42,602 nt of DNA from a virus. Location of the stretch: the IMG/VR virus record IMGVR_UViG_3300045988_153375, positions 1-42,602 of that record. One strand, written 5' to 3'. The notes under the pieces are model-generated. The model ran no database searches. It saw nothing but the letters and a program-made list of their open reading frames with translations, and was not told where the DNA came from. Shown here piece by piece: positions 26,701-33,888 of this stretch (positions are counted from its first letter, which is position 1; each line of letters begins with the position of its first letter). The translations under genes and the position numbers were made by a program.

Positions 26701-28301
26701 CACTGCGCCGCGGTCGAGGCGATTGTTGCCGTCTTGTGGAGGACCATCATTGCCGTGGCCCTACCCCAAGCGACCGCCTGCATTGTAATCTGTGTCGTTG
26801 CTCTCGCGATATTTGACAGAAATTCGCCGGCGTACATGAGATTGAGCTGCGCAGTCTCAACTACATCTTTGACCTTCGCCACGGTCATCGCGTTAATGGC
26901 CGTAGTGACGCGCCCAGCGACACCGGCCACGCCTTCCATGTCATTCAACCATTGCTGCATTGAAGACATGACCATGACAGCTTTCCATGCCGTAAACGCG
27001 GCTGCAATACTGTACACCGCCACTTTGCTATTAAGAATAGCGACGGTGAGATTCTCCATGAATTGAACAAGAGTACTGTTCGCGATGGTGCTGAGAGCAG
27101 TAGCAATGCCGGGGACGAGCGTCCCAACAATGAATTTACCGAGCTCGACGAAACTATTGCGCACATTGGTGATGTATGAGATGATTCCGGAATCTTTGTC
27201 AAATCCGAAAATCGTCCCCGTGAAATCACCCGACATGAGCAAGTCTTTAAGATTCTTTAACGACGGGACGAGTGTTTTGTTAATCCATTCCCCCGCGGCG
27301 GCGGCAGCGTCACGCATGCGGAAAAGAAAATCAACAAAGCTCGAATCTTCTTCGAACGAGAAGATCGGGCCCGTGAAATCGCCCTTACGGATAACGTTGA
27401 AAGCATTCGTAATACTGGGGATGAATGAATTGCTCACCCAGTTGAATACTTTCTCGAATCCCTTGCTCATAGCGTCAAGGGACGCGGTAATCCATGGGAG
27501 TGCTTTTTCGGCGATTTCCTGCGCCCCGGTCACAAGGGTTGCCTTGAAATTCCCCCAAGCGCCTTCCAAGGTTTTGGTGGATGTAGCGGCCTCAATGGCC
27601 ACATCCTCCATGCCGAGGTCGAGGATTGCTTGGTTGAATTCCTCGGCGGTGATTTCGCCTTTTTCCATGGCTTCCCGGAAATTGCCCGTGTAGGCGCCAT
27701 TCTTTTTCATGGCTTCCTGCAATTTACCGGACGCGCCAGGAATGGCGTCGGAAAGCTGGTTCCAGTTCTCGGTGGTAAGTTTTCCGGCGCCCGCGGTCTG
27801 CGTCATAACGAGGCCGACAGTTTTGAACGTCTGCGCATTTCCGCCCGCAACAGCGTTCAGGTTACCGGCGGCCTCGGCGAGCTTATCGTACCCCTTTACG
27901 CCATTGGACGCGAGCTGCGCGGTGATTGACTGAATATCGTCGAGCTCGTAAATTGTGCGGTCTGCGTAGGAACGCGTACTCTTTGTAAGCGCGTTGATTT
28001 CATCCGCACTTTTACCGGCGAATGCAAGCGTTTGCTTGAATTTGATTGTGGCGTCGGCAGCATTGAACGCCTCTTTTGCGACACCACCGAACGCGACGGC
28101 GATACCGCCGATGGCGAGTCCCCCAAGCGCAGCGCCAGCAACTTTCGCCACTGATTTGAACGCACCACCAAGCCCGGATGTGATCTTTCTCTCGGCCGGC
28201 CCAGTGTCAACGTTACCGATTTCGCTATTGATACTGCGGGCGAGGCCTCGCACGGACGGGCTGATCTGAATCCATGCGGTCCCGAGATCATATCCGGCCA
28301 T
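23739..28301 (-). CDS. tape measure protein (1520 aa) with an embedded NlpC/P60 peptidase domain
   Basis: Largest ORF, downstream of the G/GT chaperones. It is A/G/W-rich and helical, with TM-like segments, internal tandem repeats and a C-terminal NlpC/P60 motif. Confidence 0.95.
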   Translation of the reverse strand: MAGYDLGTAWIQISPSVRGLARSINSEIGNVDTGPAERKITSGLGGAFKSVAKVAGAALGGLAIGGIAVAFGGVAKEAFNAADATIKFKQTLAFAGKSADEINALTKSTRSYADRTIYELDDIQSITAQLASNGVKGYDKLAEAAGNLNAVAGGNAQTFKTVGLVMTQTAGAGKLTTENWNQLSDAIPGASGKLQEAMKKNGAYTGNFREAMEKGEITAEEFNQAILDLGMEDVAIEAATSTKTLEGAWGNFKATLVTGAQEIAEKALPWITASLDAMSKGFEKVFNWVSNSFIPSITNAFNVIRKGDFTGPIFSFEEDSSFVDFLFRMRDAAAAAGEWINKTLVPSLKNLKDLLMSGDFTGTIFGFDKDSGIISYITNVRNSFVELGKFIVGTLVPGIATALSTIANSTLVQFMENLTVAILNSKVAVYSIAAAFTAWKAVMVMSSMQQWLNDMEGVAGVAGRVTTAINAMTVAKVKDVVETAQLNLMYAGEFLSNIARATTQITMQAVAWGRATAMMVLHKTATIASTAAQWAFNAAMDANPIGLVVIAIAALVAAIIVAWQNSETFRNVVISCWEAIKTAAGAVADWFAANVWPLMQVAWDGIVAGAQWMWGVMVSVWQGIQPVIQAVIDWIVGTAWPALQAAWDGIVAGAQWVWNGIVGAWQGIQPVIQAVVDWIVNTAWPNLQAAWDGISAGAMIVWNGMVAAWQGISDIIRPVVDWIVNVAALYLTTAWDAISWGVSALWSTIQWAWDAIWAAIMPVATQIYNDIWPMVVGAFNAIKDTASMMWADIQIAWTAIQTAIQPVADWIYNTVWPWVVGAFNAIKDTATNMWSDIQSAWASIQAAMQPVVEWIYYTAWPWVVDAFNTIKDAASNLWGTVQAAWTSIQAAMQPVVEWIYYTAWPWVVDTFNTIKDTASALWGTISAAWNGIWATIQPVVDWIYNIAWPWVVGAFNAIKDTASIMWGSLSATWNGIWAVMQPVVNWIQTYAAPVISVAWEIISTGAKILGGIIAFVFASIIAAVTMGVAVIQGAATTISAAWNTVVSWTSWLKNMVVSAWNILKGEIQIVKDWIANTLVPAITSAWDRVVAAANTMKDGVRTAWDKIKEAAAKPVNFVIGTVYNNGLRKLVNGMMEKLSLDLRLPEAPTIGGYASGGVLPGYSPGRDIYHFVSPDGGGRLALSGGEAIMRPEWVKAVGGPAMVNAMNRAAAHGDRIPGGDAGYAAFAPGGIWDPVKSTVEKGASAALNWITGAADAVSSIFSDPIGAVETVIKAPVHKLLDSWGGDGAKPFFDAGKAGVDKTIDALGDWIKDHMPVVSGFGGGIGAIGAAAGDLVNTARRAIGTPYVWGGVSPGGGLDCSGLVYWALNAMGIHVPRLTAAGYQAMSSPGNPMVPGTLLFWGYPAHHVAIASGNGMMVEAPTFGIPVREVPIYGGPSAGNLRYDNGGFLQPGLSTIENKTGRPEPVFTSAQWEKMDKLISLLENRALGPDVLEIRDVDNDLVGRMQVEATSAIVDYDRMNR
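24020..24300 (-). other. NlpC/P60 cell-wall peptidase domain inside the tape measure
   Basis: YVWGGVSPGGGLDCSGLVYW...LLFWGYPAHHVAIASGNGMMVEAP (catalytic Cys and His motifs). Coordinates are approximate. Confidence 0.8.
25300..26575 (-). repeat. about ten tandem 132-bp (44-aa) Trp-rich repeats within the tape measure
   Basis: Protein units such as QPVVEWIYYTAWPWVVDAFNTIKDAASNLWGTVQAAWTSIQAAM. The 132-nt DNA period is visible, for example tagtagatccattc... at about 25601 and 25733. Confidence 0.85.
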
Positions 28302-28329
28302 CGATACCTCTCCGAAATCATATACAGCG

Positions 28330-28386
28330 AAAATGGTTCACGCCAAACAAACAATTTCCCATGTTCGTCTTGGCGTGAACCATTTT
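28330..28386 (-). terminator. intra-operon hairpin (attenuator-like) between the chaperone and tape measure genes
   Basis: 17-bp perfect stem AAAATGGTTCACGCCAA / TTGGCGTGAACCATTTT, flanked by an A-tract and a T-tract. Confidence 0.5.
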
Positions 28387-28409
28387 ACACTATCCGATAG
28401 AAACACGGC

Positions 28410-28814
28410 TCAACTGCCGTATCTGGCAAGCCATTTTTCACCCTTGGCCTTCTGCGCCTTAGCATGCTTGCTCGACACCTTAGGGTTGCCGGTTTCCCGA
28501 TATCCCTCGGCCGGAGGTTTCGGTGATTCGGGCCATTTATCTTTCTTGACGCCATTGACGGCGAGTAGCGTAGTTTGAATGTTGTGTGCTGACATTATTG
28601 TGGCGGCGACTTCGTCGGACCAGTACCTGTCTCCACCGCGCGCCCTGTCGAATGTTGACCCTGGCGGGAGGCCGCCGATGAGCGCCATTACCCGCCGTGG
28701 GGTTATTCTGCCTCGATACAGATCAAGAAGGTCGGTGTTGTAGTATCGTTGCAGGTCGGCTTCTATCTCCCACCCATACTCGCGGAGTAGTGGTGGGAGA
28801 ATCGTCAGTTTCCC
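28410..28814 (-). CDS. tail assembly chaperone, -1 frameshift extension (GT-type product)
   Basis: The -1 frame is open from the slippery site to the stop at 28410. It encodes ...DLLDLYRGRITPRRVMALIGGLPPGS..., typical of T-extensions. Confidence 0.7.
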   Translation of the reverse strand, partial: GKLTILPPLLREYGWEIEADLQRYYNTDLLDLYRGRITPRRVMALIGGLPPGSTFDRARGGDRYWSDEVAATIMSAHNIQTTLLAVNGVKKDKWPESPKPPAEGYRETGNPKVSSKHAKAQKAKGEKWLARYGS

Positions 28815-29131
28815 GCGCCCACCTCGGACACGATTGACTGCATAAAGTCGGTCACCGCGTCGATCGGGACGCGACCGTTCTCGTCCTCCAACGCGGCGTA
28901 AACCTCATCCTTATGGTCGCCTACAATGAGGCGGAAAAGCGGGAAGGGGTTACCGGCGTCGAGGGCCTCGAATGCGCGGAAGTCCTCCAACGCCTCCGGG
29001 GGAATATCAAACTCGATACCCTCATAGTCCACGTGAATCGGGTCGCGCGTGGCCTCGGCCTTGGCGAGCTTGTCCGCGGGAACCTTGGCACCGGTCGACT
29101 TTGCCTTGCTCTTCGTGGTCTTGTCAGACAT
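28805..29131 (-). CDS. tail assembly chaperone (G-type, 108 aa)
   Basis: Acidic protein located between the major tail and tape measure genes. Confidence 0.8.
   Translation of the reverse strand: MSDKTTKSKAKSTGAKVPADKLAKAEATRDPIHVDYEGIEFDIPPEALEDFRAFEALDAGNPFPLFRLIVGDHKDEVYAALEDENGRVPIDAVTDFMQSIVSEVGAGN
28808..28814 (-). promoter_or_regulatory. programmed -1 ribosomal frameshift slippery heptamer G_GGA_AAC
   Basis: The minus strand reads GCG GGA AAC TGA at the end of the G gene. GGGAAAC fits the X_XXY_YYZ rule. Confidence 0.7.
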
Positions 29132-29188
29132 AATGGGTTGTCCTCAAAAATTTGTTTAATAAAGTGGGTGGGTTGTGATGTTTTGGAT

Positions 29189-29239
29189 CTTCCCCGCTAT
29201 TCCGCGACAACCCATCCGAAACACGAAATAGCGGGGAAG
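29189..29239 (-). terminator. hairpin just after the major tail protein gene (attenuator-like)
   Basis: 13-bp perfect stem CTTCCCCGCTATT / AATAGCGGGGAAG. Confidence 0.5.
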
Positions 29240-29248
29240 AATTGATTA

Positions 29249-29833
29249 TCAGGCGGGGAAGAGGGCCTTGTGGTCGGAGTAGATAATGTAGTCGCCCAGC
29301 ACGGAGAGGTTGTACTCGTAGCCGGTGATCTCAGCCTGCTGGAAAGTAATCTCGCCGCGCTCACCGAGCTCAAGACGCGGGAAAACAATACGAATCTGCG
29401 CACCCACGCCGGAAACGTCGAAGAAGTCGGCGACACCGCAGAGGAGCTTAACCTTACGGGAAGACTTTGCGGTGATTTTCACTCCCTTGGTGGCGCCACC
29501 GTCCTCAACCTTCTCACTAGTGGCGTCCAAATACCAGGAGAGTGGGGCGAGCATAGTTTCCAGGAGAGTGGCGCTGAAAGTAGTCTCTGAGGAGTCGAGG
29601 AATGTCTTGACGACGCCGTGGCCCTGGTGCCCCTTGATCTTGGTGACGGAGTCGTCGGAGGTGAGCTTGAATCCGTCCTCGCTAATCCACCCAACGTTGG
29701 TGAGACCGGTCACACCGGAGAGGTCCTGGGTGAGTGACGTGACCTTCTCGCCGAACTTTTCGACGTAGTCGCCCAGCCAGAGCGCGTCATTGTCGGACGA
29801 GAAAATGAGTGCATTGTCAGCGTTAACAGCCAT
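29249..29833 (-). CDS. major tail protein (194 aa)
   Basis: Position upstream of the chaperones, size, and beta-rich sequence. Confidence 0.8.
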   Translation of the reverse strand: MAVNADNALIFSSDNDALWLGDYVEKFGEKVTSLTQDLSGVTGLTNVGWISEDGFKLTSDDSVTKIKGHQGHGVVKTFLDSSETTFSATLLETMLAPLSWYLDATSEKVEDGGATKGVKITAKSSRKVKLLCGVADFFDVSGVGAQIRIVFPRLELGERGEITFQQAEITGYEYNLSVLGDYIIYSDHKALFPA

Positions 29834-29840
29834 TATTTGT

Positions 29841-30230
29841 TCACCTGTGTGCTGTAATTGTTAATGTTGCAGTCGCCCTCGCCTGAGACGTGTCCGGATC
29901 GGGCATTTCTATCGGATAGGATGATTGTACCATCACTATACCATCCTGATAATTGGGCATAGTGTGCGCCACATTCACGGCCTCGCACGCGATTTTCATC
30001 GCCTCACCCGAAGACTGCGCGTAGGCGTCGATTGCCTCCAGTGCGGTGCAGAGTGCTTTCTGTGTGACACCGGTGCCGCCTGTTGAGAGGACTCGAATAA
30101 ACGCAGCGGGACGGTCCGGGCTTTCGGGTCTGCGGGCAACGACCGGCACGCTCATGTGCGTGGACAGGAAGTCCATGAGCCGTTTCTTGATATCCGGCAC
30201 CACGGGAGCGCGATCGTATGTTGGGCTCAT
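29841..30230 (-). CDS. tail terminator / tail completion protein
   Basis: Position immediately upstream of the major tail gene. Confidence 0.55.
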   Translation of the reverse strand: MSPTYDRAPVVPDIKKRLMDFLSTHMSVPVVARRPESPDRPAAFIRVLSTGGTGVTQKALCTALEAIDAYAQSSGEAMKIACEAVNVAHTMPNYQDGIVMVQSSYPIEMPDPDTSQARATATLTITAHR

Positions 30231-30484
30231 TTCCCGCCTCCACCCATTGTGAGGCCGATCGCACGCTCCAACGTGTGTTCCCTCATTTGTCTGCGCATTG
30301 CGGCGATGGTGCGCGCCCTAACATATCCGCGAGTACGATTTCCATGCGTCGTCTCACCCTCGAAGCCCCGCCCGGCAGCGTTGGCTACACGCCCAGTCTC
30401 TAATGCTACGGTGCGGGCTACGTCGGGGCCGCGCAGAAGATCGGCGACACCGTCCCTGTTGAGCTGGAATTTTACTTTCGGCAT
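30227..30484 (-). CDS. neck/head-tail joining protein (HK97 gp10-like position)
   Basis: Position. ATGA overlap coupling. Confidence 0.45.
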   Translation of the reverse strand: MPKVKFQLNRDGVADLLRGPDVARTVALETGRVANAAGRGFEGETTHGNRTRGYVRARTIAAMRRQMREHTLERAIGLTMGGGGK

Positions 30485-30813
30485 TATTCGCTCACTTTGT
30501 CTTCGTTGGCGCGAATCTGCACAACCATCCCTTTAGGATAGGGAGAAGGGCGGCCTTCGACACGGTATTCTATGCCGTCTACAATGAGGTGATCTTCGGC
30601 GGTCACGTCGATTGTGGTATTCCGCCAGTAAAGGGCGGCTGGCACAGTGACGGGCATTGCCCCAGCACTGATCGGCTCAGTAGACGTAGCCGGCGCAAAC
30701 ACTGCAGGCGGCAGAGCGACGTTCTCCCACTGCCCCGGCACGGGGTTGCCATACTGATCTTTTGACGCAGGGCCTCGCCTACGCCGCGTAACGGGCACAT
30801 ACCCTGAAAGCAT
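30484..30813 (-). CDS. head-tail adaptor / head closure protein
   Basis: Position. The N-terminal R-rich strand followed by DQYGNPV...W resembles the head-tail joining family. Confidence 0.5.
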   Translation of the reverse strand: MLSGYVPVTRRRRGPASKDQYGNPVPGQWENVALPPAVFAPATSTEPISAGAMPVTVPAALYWRNTTIDVTAEDHLIVDGIEYRVEGRPSPYPKGMVVQIRANEDKVSE

Positions 30814-31298
30814 TACGGCTCCTGCCCGCTGATCGCATTAATGTCTTCGATCAGCTGATCGGTAACGGATCGCACATCATAATCTTGCAGGAGGTCCACC
30901 TCGAACGCACCACCAGAGCCTCCGAGAGCGTCTTTTTCCTCACGTTTCAGGTAGAGACCGCCCTCAGGATTCTGATACGTAAACTGATCGCTGAACGGGC
31001 CGGTCGTGTGCGATTCTGACGCGATAATCCCGTGGGGTTCAGAATAGATTCCGCCGCCACTGTCTGTGACGCCGCCGATAGCGTCACCGCCCTGCATTGC
31101 GCGACGCACCACAGCGCACGCTACACGCTTCCGTGTGCGAGGCGTGGCCGACTCCCAGCGGGGGCATTTCGAGACGATAAGATCGGTCGCGTCGGCGAGG
31201 AGCACGTCAGCGCGAATACGCTCATTGTCCGAAAGCGCCCGCCATCGCGCTTCCAGGTCCTCGACCGTGGCGAACGGAATAATGTCGTCAGGGATCAC
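30813..31298 (-). CDS. head-tail connector (gp6-like)
   Basis: ATVEDLEARWRALSDNERIRADVLLADATDLIV is typical of gp6-like connector N-termini. Confidence 0.6.
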   Translation of the reverse strand: MIPDDIIPFATVEDLEARWRALSDNERIRADVLLADATDLIVSKCPRWESATPRTRKRVACAVVRRAMQGGDAIGGVTDSGGGIYSEPHGIIASESHTTGPFSDQFTYQNPEGGLYLKREEKDALGGSGGAFEVDLLQDYDVRSVTDQLIEDINAISGQEP

Positions 31299-31510
31299 TT
31301 TACCGTCTTTCTAGGGCGACCTCGCCCTCGACGAGGGGCAGGTGCCGGCGAGGCAGTACGAGAGGAGGAAGAGGAGGAGGCGACCTCGTCTGCCCCGCCG
31401 GCGTCATCATTCCCAGGGGCGATTTCGATGTATTCGTCTCCGAGCGCCACATTGTGGTCGTCTGCGAGATGGATCACAATGTCGTGGTCTCGGTGCTTGT
31501 AGGATCGCAT
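31295..31510 (-). CDS. small hypothetical protein with a C-terminal AT-hook-like GRGRPRK
   Basis: 71 aa with an acidic core, a poly-Ser run, and then RRGRGRPRKTVK. Confidence 0.5.
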   Translation of the reverse strand: MRSYKHRDHDIVIHLADDHNVALGDEYIEIAPGNDDAGGADEVASSSSSSRTASPAPAPRRGRGRPRKTVK

Positions 31511-31576
31511 TTCCGAAATCGCCCCTGAGAAAATTTTTGTTTGGGATGGGTTGTGTTCTCTTTTACGGCGATTTTA

Positions 31577-32509
31577 TCAGGCGCCAGCCTTGGTCTTAAT
31601 CGTCGCGAACTTGTCCGGGAAAACGTACCAGGCGTACAGAATCTCGAGACGCAGCGCAATCTGGTTCCTACGCTTCAGGTCACCCTGACCGTCCGGGTCA
31701 CCGAAACGGATGATCTCGAGCGGCAGAGACCGCTGAATCCCCCACCGAATACCGTCGACGAAGTCGCCGACAATGCCCTCAACATTGGTGGCAGCGGTCG
31801 CCTCAGGCTTGCCCGCAACCGTGTTTCCAGCGGCAGCCGGAAGGCCCATGAAGTTGTCAATGTCGACACCGAGGCCGATCTGCGGATAACGAGGCGTGCC
31901 CGACGGGGAACCGTCAGCATTCTTGGTCTGGAGGCTACCGAGCGCCCAAACGGCGGACGGGGCAAGCGCAAGGCCGGTCGGCGTAATCGGCGCAGCATTG
32001 TCATTAATGAGCAGACCGGCGGCCTGGCGGATTGCCTGGTCCATCTCCGTAGTGCCGATCTCGACATTCTTGGTGGTGGAGGTCAGGTAGTTGGTCCACG
32101 CGTCAATAACAGCACCAGTGAGGGGGTTGACTCTGTGGTAAAGGCCGAGGTCGAGGGCACGGGAAAGCGCCTCGCTGCCCTTCTGGGCCAGCTGGTTGAG
32201 GACGTCAAGTTGATAGTCCTCGTCAGCCCACTGAACCTCCTCGTTGAATCGCATAGTGACCTGCGCCTTGTGCGGCTTAGCGGTAACGTAACCGAATTCA
32301 CCGGAAGTGGGTGCCTTTTCAGCGCCCTCGTCGACGAACTCGGCGCGCGGGAAGTTATCGAACGTGATAATGTCCACGTCGCCGAAGGTCATGGGGATTC
32401 CGCCGTTGAGCTTGGCGACGGTGGAGAGAGTCTGGGTGCGAGTGATGATCCCGTCGGCGATCTGCCGAGGCATGAGGACCTTCGCCTTGCCTGAATCAAA
32501 CACGGCCAT
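31577..32509 (-). CDS. major capsid protein (HK97 fold family)
   Basis: 310 aa, preceded by the scaffold gene, with a typical MCP N-terminal region. Confidence 0.9.
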   Translation of the reverse strand: MAVFDSGKAKVLMPRQIADGIITRTQTLSTVAKLNGGIPMTFGDVDIITFDNFPRAEFVDEGAEKAPTSGEFGYVTAKPHKAQVTMRFNEEVQWADEDYQLDVLNQLAQKGSEALSRALDLGLYHRVNPLTGAVIDAWTNYLTSTTKNVEIGTTEMDQAIRQAAGLLINDNAAPITPTGLALAPSAVWALGSLQTKNADGSPSGTPRYPQIGLGVDIDNFMGLPAAAGNTVAGKPEATAATNVEGIVGDFVDGIRWGIQRSLPLEIIRFGDPDGQGDLKRRNQIALRLEILYAWYVFPDKFATIKTKAGA

Positions 32510-32564
32510 TATGGTTGTTTCCGTTTCTTTCTAGTGTTTTATCTCTGGAATTGCGGGGGGGCGT

Positions 32565-33047
32565 TTAGTCGCCGGCGAAAACGTTCCGAGCGAATTCTGC
32601 AAGATTGCCGCTGTCATTGTCGGGCGTGGCTCCGGCCTGTGGTACCACGGGGGCGACGGACGGCTTAGCGTCGTGCAGTGCCTTGGCGATTGCGGCGGCA
32701 TGAGCGTTGATTTCATCCTCGGTTGTTCCTCGGATCAAATCTGCGCTGATACCGTGTTCTGCGGCAGCGTTGGCGGACCATTCACGGACTTTAGCGGCGG
32801 TTTCGAAGTCTGCCACTTTGGCCTTTAGGGCTTCGATTGTGGCGTCTTTGTCGCCGATTGCCTTGGCGAGCTCGTCTCGTTCGTTGGCGGCGCGCCGATT
32901 TTCCTTGGCGCGATTCTCCCACTTCCGGGACTCACTCTTCCAGTCGATTTCAGACTTACTAGCAGCGTTGTCCCCGCTCTTGGGGGCGTTGTCGTCGTTA
33001 GTGGCACTGTTATCGGCCGGCGTGTCGCTGGCGGCGTTATCGCTCAT
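32565..33047 (-). CDS. scaffolding protein
   Basis: 160 aa, acidic N-terminus, long charged helix/coiled-coil, located upstream of the capsid gene. Confidence 0.7.
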   Translation of the reverse strand: MSDNAASDTPADNSATNDDNAPKSGDNAASKSEIDWKSESRKWENRAKENRRAANERDELAKAIGDKDATIEALKAKVADFETAAKVREWSANAAAEHGISADLIRGTTEDEINAHAAAIAKALHDAKPSVAPVVPQAGATPDNDSGNLAEFARNVFAGD

Positions 33048-33154
33048 TGGGCGTTTCCTATATTTTGACCGTGCGGTTATTGTGATGTTTCAGGCAACTA
33101 TTTTGGGCTTTGCAGCCTTCCTTCAGTGGCCTTTGTTTATGCATTGTAGCACAA

Positions 33155-33880
33155 TCATTCAATTGGTCGGGTGCGCCATTGTGTGAGCTCCTCTTGGTGC
33201 GTGTCTATCCACGATGAGACGAGTTCACGGTGACGTTTGCGGCCTTTTTCAGTTTTATGCCGGGCCGCGAGCGCGTACGCTTTCGCCGGCACTTCCCGAG
33301 CTGTCGGGTCCCATGCGGGGACTGCGACACATTTGCAATTGTCGTGCGCCCCGAATGACGCGGTGCCCTGGCTGCGGTAGTAGCATTCGTTCATTGTGAG
33401 CATGACGCAGAAATTGCAGGCTTGCGGGTTACGTGTCCGTCTTTCCCAGCCCATTGCTTCCGGGTCGGCCCATGTCATGTCTGCGATTTGCGCTCTGGCG
33501 CCGTCGCTGACGTATCGAATGAGTGCCCCGGTCAAATAGGATAGGGCAATGTCAGGGTTTCCGGCGTATAGTGCGCCGGCGCTGAACCGTACACTGTCGT
33601 CGATTTCGCCTTGTGGGGTGAGTGGTGTTTGTACGGTGGGGGCGTCGCCTGGAATGTCTTGGTCTAGGCGCATGTCGCGGTACCATTCGTCGGCGATTGC
33701 GGCGGCCGCACCGCCGTATTGGTCTACGAGGGCGGGCATGATTTCGAGCAGAAGGTCACGGGCTTGTTCGGGGCGTTGTCTAGCGGCGTGGGCCCAGAGT
33801 GTGTGTAGATCGTTTTGGGCGAGTGCGGTGAGTGAGTCTACGGCTCGCCCGTATGCCCCGATTTCTGCGGTTGACAGCAT
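33155..33880 (-). CDS. MuF/SPP1 gp7-like head morphogenesis protein
   Basis: Position after the portal. C-terminal CNFC...HDNCKC motif. Confidence 0.65.
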   Translation of the reverse strand: MLSTAEIGAYGRAVDSLTALAQNDLHTLWAHAARQRPEQARDLLLEIMPALVDQYGGAAAAIADEWYRDMRLDQDIPGDAPTVQTPLTPQGEIDDSVRFSAGALYAGNPDIALSYLTGALIRYVSDGARAQIADMTWADPEAMGWERRTRNPQACNFCVMLTMNECYYRSQGTASFGAHDNCKCVAVPAWDPTAREVPAKAYALAARHKTEKGRKRHRELVSSWIDTHQEELTQWRTRPIE

Positions 33881-33888
33881 AATAGGTG

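Noticed and set aside
31541-32494. 317-aa plus-strand ORF
   Set aside because: It is exactly antisense to the major capsid gene, whose product has a typical MCP sequence. The antisense product is R/G/L/V-rich, as expected for a GC-rich shadow ORF.
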